The notes beneath the pieces are model-generated. The model had not been told where the DNA came from and did no database searches. It was given only the letters and a program-made list of their open reading frames with translations. A DNA stretch of 64,000 bases, taken from assembly GCF_001194135.2 (NCBI RefSeq), contig NC_068988.1:28622397-28686396 (forward strand). The letters run 5' to 3'. Of this stretch, positions 1-10,457 are shown piece by piece. Every line of letters starts with the position of its first letter. Positions within the stretch are counted from its first letter, which is position 1. The translations under genes were made by a program, and so were the position numbers. Origin of the DNA: Octopus bimaculoides (Eukaryota).

Positions 1-1060
1 AGGTAAAGCTTTAACAGGTTCTCATGAGCTCTTATCTAACGAGAGAAGTGTAGAAGACAGCAAAGACTATCAAGGTCTGTTTATGGAAACATTAATATTG
101 GTAATAAGGTTGACAGAACAGATAACAAAAAAAAACTTGATATTTACATTGATATTCATTAGTTCTATAAATGACTTCCTACTTTTTAACCTAATTAATG
201 AATTGTTCACGGTAAATTTAAGCTTCACTATTTTTCTGTGTCATTATCTTGTTCTCACATTCAAATAAAAATAGATATGGTTGAGGTCACTTCACACCTG
301 TGTAGTTCTGGCTTTGATACCACAGAACAACATTTTGGGAAAACATACTCTTCTACCAGCGTAGCATTGTATTCATACAAATAAAATAGGGGCACAAATT
401 TCAATAAGTGAGCAGCCAAAATTTCTAATAGTTGCTGTTTTAGAAGTGAATTAGGGATCAAGTTTTTGTTAGAACTTTGGTCACGTCAAATATACCCTTT
501 TCTGTTTATGGAACCACAGAGTTCAAAAGGCGGAATTGTGGTAGAATACATTTGATTTTGTATCATATTTTAAAACATATTAATTTATCCTTTGGATCTT
601 TCAAAGGCCAATGAAATAAGAATTTGTAACACAGGTATAAATATTATCCACCATAGTAATTGATAATGCTTTTTAATTAGTTAAAATCAAAAAGATGCAA
701 GTTTAAAACAATCTAGGTGGGATTTTGAATGTTCTGTGTCATATAGTTTTTTTGGTTTTTATTTCTTTTTCCCTCCAGTGGCATCTGTTTGAAAGCTGTT
801 TTAGAATGGTGTTGCCTTGGTAACCAAAGTAAATGAACTGCAGGTTTAAATCTTCGTTCTATGATGATTTCACTGAGTGGCCTTGTGTTGGTGAGCCGAA
901 CTACCCTAAAAATCACATTCAACCATCTTAAAAAGGCAGGGGAAGAATACATTGGATAATGTGATCCAAGATATATTATGTCAGGGAAAAAAGACAAGAT
1001 GGTCATGGCTAGAATGTCCTTGACCACAGGTCTGCTTGATCAGAGTTGACTTGGGTTTAA

Positions 1061-1282
1061 TCCTTTAGCATTTAAACCGGCCATATCAGGTCCAAATATT
1101 TTACCTGTTTTAATATAAAACAGGTAAAACAGCTTTTGTCTCTCATACCTACCCAATTATAATTTTAGAAATTTACAATCACGTCATTGAAATCTCAAAG
1201 CTTCAAGGTAATGCATAATTAATTCAAAATAGAGTGAATAAATAAGCATTACATTTGACAGTGTAATCAGAATGTTGAAGAG
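1061..1282. mobile_element. TTAA-flanked piggyBac-type MITE (partial copies near 3296-3410, 32630-33060, 34080-34190)
   Basis: TTAA at 1057-1060 and 1283-1286; degenerate TIRs tcctttagcatt / aatgttgaagag; internal sequence recurs in the window. Confidence 0.5.
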
Positions 1283-1290
1283 TTAAACAC

Positions 1291-1690
1291 AGTGGAGGTG
1301 CAATGGCCCAGTGGTTAGGGCAGCAGACTAGCAGTCAAAGGATCGCGGTTTCGATTCCCAGACCGGGCGTTGTGAGTGTTTATTGAGCGAAAACACCTAA
1401 AGCTCCACGAGGCTCTGGTAGGGGATGGTGGCGGACCCTGCTGTACTCTTTCACCACAACTTTCTCTCACTCTTTCTTCCTGTAATTCAAAGGGTCAGCC
1501 TTTGTTGTGCCTGTAATTCAAAGGGTCAGCCTTGTCAAACTGTGTCACGCTGAATATCCCCGAGAACTACATTAAGGGTACACGTGTCTGTGGAGTGCTC
1601 AGCCACTTGCACGTTAATTTCATGAGAAGGCTGTTCCGTTGATCGGCTCAACTGGAACCCTCGACGTCGTAAGCAACGGAGTGCCAACAA
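1291..1690 (+). mobile_element. tRNA-derived SINE family D (other copies about 19245-19560 -, 28613-28900 +, 45665-46015 -)
   Basis: tRNA-like head with A box (TGGCCCAGTGG) and B box (GTTTCGATTCC); the body gtggagtgctcagccacttgcacgttaatttc...actggaaccctcg recurs; local 24-bp duplication at about 1480-1532. Confidence 0.75.
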
Positions 1691-1874
1691 ATAAACACAA
1701 TCCTGCTCTCATATAACTATCCCTGTCCCAAGAATACTTAAAAAGTGCTGCAGTTATTTTCATTAACCTCAACACTGCTTCCTCTTCTTCCTTTGTTTCA
1801 CTAAAAACGAATAAGCAACAGATTAAAAATACAGAACAAGAAAGAGTTAAAAGTATTGTTGTTGATATAATTAC

Positions 1875-1987
1875 CTTGATCCATAGCAACCACCGATATT
1901 GTTTGTACAGATGACAAAATATTTGTCTGTGTCAATAGGGTGGCCTGGTCCGATGAATTTTTCCCACCAACCAGGCTCTGGACTTTT
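1875..1987 (-). CDS. cys2: Cys2/MetX-family serine O-acyltransferase, coding exon 3 (gene continues left of the window)
   Basis: ttatag| acceptor, AG|GTAATT donor, 113 nt (phase 0 to 2). Encodes [37 protein letters not shown], the GWW..IGPG..IDT..YFVIC.N..GGCYGS signature of the homoserine/serine O-acyltransferase family. Confidence 0.92.
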
Positions 1988-2149
1988 CTATAAAGAAAGA
2001 GAAAAAGCAAAGTTTAGCTGGTTTTAAACAGCAGAACTTTTAAGTGTATAAAACCATAAAATAATAATTTCAAATTGGCACAAGGCCAGAATTTTTTCGG
2101 GGTGGGGGGAATAGCTGATTACATTGACCCGGTACTCAACTGATATTTA

Positions 2150-2770
2150 TGAGGTCTGATCAATAAGTATCCGGACCGTTGCCATAGTAACGAAGGTAAA
2201 GCATACAGGGTGAAGCTGCATGTCACAGATGGATCCTGAACTCTGCTGTGCATGCACACTAAGTTTTAACATCCTACCTCACTTCTGCTGTTTACAGCAG
2301 TGCTCGGAAGGAAGGTGTGTAGCGTATGATCGTCACATTGACCATGACAGAGAAAGTTGTCATGGCGATACCTGCTCAGAGGCCTACACAAAGTTCCAGA
2401 AAGTGTATGGAGATGAGTGCATGAGCCGCACACAAGTGTACAAATGGTTCAGACATTTCCAAGACTTCCGAAAACATGTTGATATTGATGAACGTTCTGG
2501 GAGACCTGCAACCAGCAGAACTGAGAAAAACATCGCAGATGTGCATGCAGTTGTGAGGGGAAATCGTTGAATCACCATCCGTGAGTTATCAGAGGATGAG
2601 CAGATTAGTTACAGTTCAGTTCAGTCCATTATCACTGAAGATTTGGGTATGAGACGCATGTCTGCTAAGTTTTTGCCGATACTGCTTTCAGCTGACCAAA
2701 AAGACACTCGGGTTTCAGTTGCACAAGATCTCCTTGATTGTGTCAAGAACAATGAAAACTTTGTGTAGTC
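2150..2770 (+). mobile_element. Degenerate mariner transposon, 5' half (TIR and HTH region of the transposase)
   Basis: TA followed by TIR tgaggtctgatcaataagtatccgg; translation SEAYTKFQKVYGDECMSRTQVYKWFRHF...DERSGRPATSRTEKNI...ITIREL...LGMRRMSAKFLP with an internal stop. Confidence 0.85.
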
Positions 2771-2929
2771 CTCTGAACTCAGAATGTAAAGAAGGATAAC
2801 TAAATAAGACACTACTCAGTACCATTTAGTTCAGTGGTGCCTTAAAAAGATGAATTGTTGTGGAACGCCTCTTTGGAAATTTACACCTAAGTTTCAGTTT
2901 TTCTTGCACCCATACAATGAATACGTTAC

Positions 2930-3143
2930 CTTGTGACTTCTTGCATGTGAGCTGGCAGACAGGCCAGTGAATATCATTACAGTGTTGTCTCGGTCTTCGT
3001 TCAGCTCTCCCCAGGTTTCATAAGCAATGTCTAACTGAGGCAATATTCGACCTCCATATTTCATATAGAAAGGTTGATCATATGTGAATACTTCATAGCC
3101 AGACTGAACCAAGTCGTATTGAGGTTCTGGGCCGGATATATTT
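2930..3143 (-). CDS. cys2: Cys2/MetX-family serine O-acyltransferase, coding exon 2
   Basis: ttgcag| acceptor, AAG|GTAACG donor, 214 nt (phase 2 to 0). Encodes NISGPEPQYDLVQSGYEVFTYDQPFYMKYGGRILPQLDIAYETWGELNEDRDNTVMIFTGLSASSHARSHK with the family motifs AYETWG-LN and TGLSASSHA. Confidence 0.9.
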
Positions 3144-3414
3144 CTGCAACAATAAAAATATAAAAGTAATCAATACACGAGTTTGATGAGAGATTTGTGA
3201 ATACCACAGCAAAACAACAAACAAGTAATGTATATGACATCTTGTATCTTTTACTTGTTTCAGTCATTGGACTGCAGCCATGCTGGAGCACCACCTTAAC
3301 ACTAGCATTTAAACTGACCGTATCCAGCCAAAATATCCTACTTTATACTTGAACCAGCCAGATCTGGCATATCATACCTACCCTACAATGTCATTCTAAA
3401 AATAAACAATATAT

Positions 3415-3799
3415 AGGCGTAGGAGTGGCTGTGTGGTAAGTAGCTAGCTTACCAACCACATGGTCTCGGGTTCAGTCCCACTGCACGACCAACCACATGG
3501 TTCCGGGTTCAGTCCCACTGCGCGGCATCTTGGGCAAGTGTCTTCTACTATAGCCTCGGGCCGACCAAAGCCTTGTGAGTGGATTTGGTAGACAGAAACT
3601 GAAGTGCATGTTTGTATGTGTGTGTTTGTCCCCCCAACATCGCTTGACAACCGATGCTGGTGTGTTTATGTACCCGTAACATAGCGGTTCGGCAAAAGAG
3701 ATGGATAGAATAAGTACTAGGCTTCTAAAGAATAAGTCCTGGGGTTGATTTGCTCGACTAAAAGGTAGTGCTCCAGCATGGCCACAGTCTGAAACAGAC
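3415..3799 (+). mobile_element. tRNA-derived SINE family A (copies: 5290-5540 -, 16925-17212 +, 21868-21986 +, 22050-22385 -, 23975-24350 -, 39170-39300 +, 40355-40500 +, 40870-41250 +, 41765-41900 -, 52302-52480 +)
   Basis: Head gtggctgtgtggtaag...ggttcagtccc, body ccttgggcaagtgtcttctactatagcc, tail gactgaaacaagtaaaagag; this copy has a 37-bp internal tandem duplication at about 3450-3525. Coordinates approximate. Confidence 0.85.
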
Positions 3800-4431
3800 N
3801 NNNNNNNNNNNNNNNNNNNNNNNNNNNNNNNNNNNNNNNNNNNNNNNNNNNNNNNNNNNNNNNNNNNNNNNNNNNNNNNNNNNNNNNNNNNNNNNNNNNN
3901 NNNNNNNNNNNNNNNNNNNNNNNNNNNNNNNNNNNNNNNNNNNNNNNNNNNNNNNNNNNNNNNNNNNNNNNNNNNNNNNNNNNNNNNNNNNNNNNNNNNN
4001 NNNNNNNNNNNNNNNNNNNNNNNNNNNNNNNNNNNNNNNNNNNNNNNNNNNNNNNNNNNNNNNNNNNNNNNNNNNNNNNNNNNNNNNNNNNNNNNNNNNN
4101 NNNNNNNNNNNNNNNNNNNNNNNNNNNNNNNNNNNNNNNNNNNNNNNNNNNNNNNNNNNNNNNNNNNNNNNNNNNNNNNNNNNNNNNNNNNNNNNNNNNN
4201 NNNNNNNNNNNNNNNNNNNNNNNNNNNNNNNNNNNNNNNNNNNNNNNNNNNNNNNNNNNNNNNNNNNNNNNNNNNNNNNNNNNNNNNNNNNNNNNNNNNN
4301 NNNNNNNNNNNNNNNNNNNNNNNNNNNNNNNNNNNNNNNNNNNNNNNNNNNNNNNNNNNNNNNNNNNNNNNNNNNNNNNNNNNNNNNNNNNNNNNNNNNN
4401 NNNNNNNNNNNNNNNNNNNNNNNNNNNNNNN
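3800..4431. other. Assembly gap (other gaps: 13470-13479, 25483-25658, 37623-37936, 57288-57537, 61331-61538, 63296-63305)
   Basis: Runs of N. Confidence 1.
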
Positions 4432-5704
4432 AGTAAACAAATTTGGGAGAAAATGGTGGGAGAAAGATTATAAGCAATACATAGCGTCAGAAGAAAACTT
4501 TCGACTGGAAAAAGTAGGAAAGCTGAGACGTTTGAGTTTGATTTATTAGTGGAACGTTAAACGTGTTGACCCATTTTCATTTTTAGAAATGTTACAAGTA
4601 CTTTGCTGGTATTTGAACAAATCGTAATTACAAGAATTAAAGTTGGTCAACAAAAATAGGAAAAAAAAAAATGACCCGCCGGACCATCAATGTATTGCTG
4701 GTCGTTTGGGGGGGGGGGCACACCATGAGTAATGTGGACTAACATATATTTAAAGACGGTTGAAAGGCCTTTTATTATAGGTCTGCTCAATCAGGGGATG
4801 ACATCTGGCTAAATAACTTCTCCACTGACATAGTTTACACACAGTACAAAGAAAATAGGACACAAGAAAGTTTATAACGCAGTCCATTTGGTTGTTTCCT
4901 ATTTTAACGCCGTAAAAAAACACAAAATGAAAATACAGTACTTTTATTAATGAACATTTTCGTGTAAGTGCTGTATTTACTCCTGAATAAGTCGCACTCG
5001 TGTATAAGTAGCCAAAAAGCTATGGACTTTCACTTTCTGACTAAAATAAATGAACGAATAAAGTAGAATTTCCATTGACATAATTGCAACGTATAACCTT
5101 CGAAAATTTAATCGCTGCATAAGTTCGTTAAGAAAAAACAAATAAAAATAAAACAGAATTTATTTATAAAGTTATGAGGAAACAAAGTGGATGTGTGTTA
5201 GTAGAGCACAGACATACTCGGGATATTGAATTATTTGCTAAATGTTATTAGCTGGTCATTGTTATATACAAGCCCCCTTACCACACTGTAAATATAAAAA
5301 TCCTGGTTTCAGTCTTTTGTTGAACTGCTAGATTACGAGGACGTAAATACACCAACATCGGTGGAGGGACAAACACACACACAAACATATATATATGACG
5401 GGGCTTCTTTCAGTCTCCGTCTACCAAATCCACTCACAAGGCTTTGGCAGGCACGAGGCTATAGTAGAAGACACTTGCCTAAGGTGCCACGCAGTGGTAT
5501 TGAACCCGGAACCATGTGGTTGGGAGGCAAGCTTCTTAGTCCCATTTCTCTGTAATATAAACAGATTGGCTGCTTACAAGGATTGGTCAAATAATGTGAA
5601 AGCTTCTGGCAATTATCCAATAAGATTCGAAAATTGATGAAGACGCAATTCATCATTCTTTCTGTATTTTTTTTTTAAATCGACGGAGAAATAGTTAAAA
5701 TTGC

Positions 5705-5933
5705 GGTACTACTAAAGCAGCGCGGACCCGAACGCGCAGTCGCGCGTCCGCGCTAGCTAGTCTTGAGTGATCGATCCTAACCCTAACCCTATCCCTATCC
5801 CTAACCCTGTCCCTAACCCTATCCCTAACCCTAACCCGCGTGTGCAAATGAATACGTGTTTAGGGTTAGGGTTAGGAATAGGGTTAGGATCGACCACTCA
5901 CGACTAGCTAGCTAGCACTGCTTTAGTAGTACC
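5705..5933. mobile_element. 229-bp foldback MITE with 9-bp TSD and inverted telomeric repeats (Merlin- or MULE-type)
   Basis: Perfect 16-bp TIRs GGTACTACTAAAGCAG / CTGCTTTAGTAGTACC; TAAAATTGC direct repeat at 5696-5704 and 5934-5942; (CCCTAA)-like array facing a (TTAGGG)-like array. Confidence 0.85.
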
Positions 5934-6357
5934 TAAAATTGCTATGTTTGTATTTCTCCTACACATATATAAGGCTGTGTGTATTAAAAACACTAATCTT
6001 TAATATATACATACTAGCATACCCGTGTCGTCAAAAATTCCAACATATTTATTATTGATAGGAAATGGAGCGTGTAAGCAACAAGCAGAAAGCATTGAGA
6101 AATGTCAGCAACAAACCGATAAATTAAGTACTGGTATCTATTTGTTTGACTAAATCATGCGGTACTCCAACATGGTTGCAATCCTATAACTGAATTTAAA
6201 TGCGCAAAAACGACAAATAGTAATCAAATAAAGGATTTAATATACGCAAAGAAACAATATTTATTGTAAACAGTTGTCAGTTACTTTGAAATTCGGTCAC
6301 TGGTAGCGTATTGAAACTGACAGCTCGAAAAACCTACGGCAGACCTCTCTTCGAAGC

Positions 6358-6360
<3 letters not shown>

Positions 6361-6418
<58 letters not shown>
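6361..6418. repeat. (TA)n microsatellite
   Basis: Direct read. Confidence 0.95.
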
Positions 6419-6422
<4 letters not shown>

Positions 6423-6994
6423 TATAATTCTTCGCGTTCAAAGATAAGGAGGAGCAGCAAATTTTTAAGTGGTGATGTAAACAGAGAATTGAACAAGAGG
6501 ATATGGGGGATTTGGGGCAAATATGTAGGCTTTTGTCGTGGCGATGTTTTATTTTCTTGTTTTGGTGTTCCTCATCCGTTGCAGTTGCTCTGGTCTTCTC
6601 AAAATTGCTTGCAGTGGTCTAGATGCAACCTTGCCACACATCTCTCTGCTCTGGGCCTCCCTCCCACTACGTAGGGTCCATCTCTGCCTGGGCGGGTTGC
6701 GTTTCAGCTAGTCTTATACCCCTCCTCCGTCACCCACATATATATTACACACTCGCATAGAAATAAAACTACGAGTAAACCATGTGCGTATGTGTGTGTG
6801 TGTAGAAAATCAAAATAATGGTCGGAATTAGCAGAATATTGGCAATTGAAAACACTACTGACACTAAACAAGACTTTATACATGCATATGTCCACGTTTG
6901 CATTTTTAGTTTGTTTACTTTTTGGCAGATATAAGCAATACAGAAAAAAATAATAATAAAAATAGATACAGAACGAATTCCGAAGTTGTCTTAC

Positions 6995-7218
6995 GTTCGA
7001 GAAACGCAGGGAAATTCTGTTTCCATTCCTTTAAAAAGTAAATTGTTTCCGTTTGTTTCTTCTGTTTCTTTGACTTGCGAACTTTTTTGCTTGTAAGCTG
7101 TGACTGGAAGATGCCTTTTGGAAGCTTGGAAAGTTGAAGGAATTGATCGTCGTTGGCATTGAGATATATTTAACAACGATCGACTCAGCTGTCGAAGACA
7201 GAGCTGAACAGAAGTCAT
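6995..7218 (-). CDS. cys2: Cys2/MetX-family serine O-acyltransferase, coding exon 1 (mitochondrial-type presequence)
   Basis: ATG at 7218; acceptor ctttcag 9 nt upstream (exon starts 7227); donor AC|GTAAGA at 6995, phase 2. Peptide MTSVQLCLRQLSRSLLNISQCQRR...EFPCVSR; the FPC motif precedes GPEPxY in Cys2-type proteins. Phase fits the next exon. Confidence 0.8.
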
Positions 7219-8699
7219 TGTTGTTGGCTGAAAGAAGTTAAAGTGGACGGATGTTCTTGGTGGGGAAAAAGTTTATATATGACAGATAAATAGACAAAGG
7301 GAGAGAATTGTGTGTGAGGGTGCGTATATATAAGGGAAAGATAGAGAGAATGTGTATGATAGAGAGGGTGACGGGGCGGGAGTGTGAAAGAGTGACAGAA
7401 AGACAGTGTGTGAAGAAGAGAGAGACAGAGAGTGTGTGTGTGTGTGTGTGACAGAGAAAGAGAGTGTGATCAAGAGAGTATGTGTGACAGAAAGAGAGAG
7501 TGTGTGAAAGAGTAATGGAAAGAGATAGCGTGGCGAAGAGAAAGAGTGTGTGACAAAGAGAGAGAGAGAGAGTGACAAAAAAGAGCGGGAGCTTGTATGT
7601 GTGAAAGAGTGTAGTGAAGAAAGAGAGAGTGAGTAGGTGACAGAAGGAGAAAGTATGAGAGAGGGAAAAAAAAGAAAATGAGAGCGAGGCGAGGAATGTT
7701 CAGTTCAGTTTGTGTTTATGAAATTAACAAGTGTGTGAGATTTCGAGTGTTTATTAGATAGAAGATAAAGAAGCGAGGGAAAATAACTGCAGGGGAAAAG
7801 TTAATGAAGAAGTGTGGTTGGAGTGTGTGTAAGTTTTAAAAATAATTCCTAAGAGAAGTGTGTGTAAACGAAGCGAAGAAAGATCTTTTGTATTTATTAA
7901 AGACAGAAAGGAAAAGAAAGTGAAGATATGTATTATTTTGTTAGGAGAAAAGTGTAAGAATGACGCCGTGAAGTGATAAGCAAATGTTTCTTTCGAAAAT
8001 GAACGATATATTACTTTCGTAAATAGATAAATCCCATATACAAAGTGAGAAGTTCTATTGTTGTCTCTGATCACCCCCTTATTTGAGTTTAGTTGTACCC
8101 TCTGGTCGGTGACTCATTTACTCTGCACAAATTTCTGTTGCCTAATATAATTTGTATCTACACAATACACATACATGATGTGTTAGAGCTGCTGTAGTTC
8201 ATAGAACTGGATGGGTACAGTAAATATTTCCTGCAGACCCAATGGTGGAGTGAAAGGTGACGCTGAAGCTGACTGGTTGGCTTTGAACAGGTTCATAAAT
8301 AATCGAAACTAATGACTACTCAGTACATCACCATCTGTGTCACCCTTACAGACTTGATAATATCACAATAAATTGTATTAAGATAATAATAATAGCTTCA
8401 AATTTGGGCACAAAACCAGTAATTTTTAAGAAGTGGGAATTAATTGCATATTTTATGATTTACGTTTTCGTGTTTTTGAAATAACGGACTGCAGTTAAAG
8501 TTTCATAGTATATATTTGAAAGAATTACAGAAACTCGGTGATTTGTCATTAAAGTTAGGAACATCTAGGACTTATAAAATGAGTATTCACTCAGTAGCTG
8601 GTCTGGAGCCATAAAAAAACAAGGAAGAACCAGGAAATACCTGACAAGGCCCATAAAGTGGCCTCGTTCTACCTCGCAAAATTTCTCCAGGTAATCTTG

Positions 8700-8763
8700 G
8701 GCGGAAGTAAAGAATACGTACACCACCAAAAACCTCTGAGTGTACGTATTCTTTCCTTTCGCC
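8700..8763. mobile_element. 64-bp hairpin/MITE (related copy about 17266-17363)
   Basis: 24-bp inverted repeats ggcggaagtaaagaatacgtacac / gtgtacgtattctttcctttcgcc (2 mismatches); no clear TSD. Confidence 0.55.
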
Positions 8764-8854
8764 AGGCCTTCTATGAGTGTGCTTGCCTGCATGTGTGTGA
8801 AGGTGTGTGTGTCTGTACATGCGTGTGTGTTTGTTGTGCGTGTTGTGTAAGCTG

Positions 8855-9110
8855 AAGCCCGCAGAGTGAAACCGCTTGGAACAGATTGACCGTCAACTCT
8901 GCTGTGCATGCGCACTAAGTTTTAACGTTCTAGCTCACTTCCGCTGTTTACAGCAGTACTTGGAAGGAAGGTGTGTAGTGTGTGATCGTCACATTGACCA
9001 TGAAAGGGAAAGTTGAGCAGAGAACCGGCATCAAAAGCTTGGCGATACCTTCTCAGAGGCCTACACAAAGTTTTCAAAAAGTTTTCCTTGCTCTTGACAC
9101 AATCAAGAAG
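8855..9110 (+). mobile_element. Second, rearranged mariner fragment of the same family
   Basis: 8900-9060 matches 2240-2400; about 9062-9108 is the reverse complement of about 2712-2758. Confidence 0.75.
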
Positions 9111-9787
9111 ATCCTGTGCAACTGAAACTCTTATTCATGAGCAGCACAGGCGTGTTTTTTCAATCCTGCTAGGGACCTATACTCTTTTGTACAGGATGTG
9201 GCAATGATGGGCACTTCTTGCAGCAGGTGTTCAGAGAGCTGACCACCCACGTTGATACATGCTGTCATTCCGTCATGAAGTTTTTCTTTTGAGTGTTTTC
9301 CCTGTTTCGGTTACGGCCAGCCATAGTATGCAACATATGCAACGCATAGCAAAAATGTTAACTGAGATGTTGAAAAATTCAAGCGTTGGCCGTGCTTGAA
9401 GCTTTTTAAAGCGAGGAAAAGTCTTGCACATTCTCCAAACAACGAATATATTGGCCCCCTAATAAAAAAAAAACCTTGTCTTCATCATTGAATGCAAACA
9501 AAGTCGTAGGTGTTACATCAGTTTTCCTTCCCCAAAAGAGATGGTTGATCAAAGACGAAGTATCTTTCACTCCAAACTGATGGATGGTTGTTGACTTAAC
9601 TGAGTTCAGCCGCCCTTTGACATATCTTGATTTCTGTCCTGCAAGGTCTCCAACAAAAACCACTCATTTTACCAAGCCGACTCGATACGTTCGCCGATTT
9701 AGTCGCCCCTGCTCCAACCACGTGACAGGTTGTACCAGGTTACAAGTTACCAGTAGCAGTAAGAGTGACTTGAATTATATTGACTGA

Positions 9788-10215
9788 CTAGCAGAGATAC
9801 CCGGCGTTGCCCGTGTTACATGCAATTGAAGAATGAGACTTTTCTGTTATATTTTCTTTAAGGAACTGGAATACCTATGATTCGAATTTCATCAAAATTG
9901 CACATGAGGCTTCTTTCCCTCTTTACACACCCTAAAAAAATTCTAATCATGACACATTTATCCCATACTAATGATCTTTATGCGCATATTCCAAAATTCC
10001 AGTCTTCTGGAACCTATAAAAAGGATTTTGCTCATATAAAATGGAGCTCATGGAGCTCTAAAATGTGGGAATGAAGGCCCCTGTTGGGGGTGGGGGTGTT
10101 AATGTCAACCAGAGAAGTTGAATTGTTGGGAATGTTTTTAACTTGGGTCTTATAGTATGCCTGTATATATGTGAAAGTATAGTTTCACTTTAATAGTTTC
10201 AGTATGAAACTCCTG
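9788..10215 (+). mobile_element. Possible non-autonomous Helitron/Helentron-like element
   Basis: Terminal actagc...acccggcgttgcccg motif resembles Helentron/HINE ends; the other end is not defined. Confidence 0.3.
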
Positions 10216-10235
10216 GCAACCAATATCTTTATACC

Positions 10236-10457
10236 CAGTCCGCCACTAATCGAGGGTGTTACGTTCCCAAAACCCCCAGCGATAGGTGAAAATCCGCGAA
10301 GTAGAAACAGTACTGTACTCTATGTTTTTTTAAAATTAGTTTCATAATTTTTATATATTTATTTTATTGTAAATACAAAACAACACTACAGAAGAATCGA
10401 CGTAAGCTTAAATAATAAACCGCGATAGGTGAGCCGCGATATGGCGAGGGATTACTG
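10236..10457. mobile_element. pogo/Tigger-type MITE
   Basis: Right end cgcgatatggcgagggattactg and left-end sequence gggtgttacgttcccaaaacccccagcgataggtgaaaatccgcgaagtag resemble Tigger-type MITE termini. Confidence 0.5.

Noticed and set aside
241-1050. Search for the next cys2-like exon (expected TGPSS...G.SLGG)
   Set aside because: No such motif was found in any minus-strand frame of 1-1870, so it is presumed to lie left of the window.
1291-1370. tRNA-like sequences with A and B boxes at SINE heads (also 3420, 12480, 28613, 46275, 52310)
   Set aside because: Each continues into a multicopy SINE body and lacks a complete cloverleaf; these are not tRNA genes.
3472-4477. Long ORFs of 200-320 aa spanning N-runs (also at 25279, 37425, 57098, 61277)
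   Set aside because: These are artefacts of translating assembly gaps.
7273-7680. ORFs over GA/CT-rich tracts (also 31230-31424, 58278-58655)
   Set aside because: These are low-complexity microsatellite translations.
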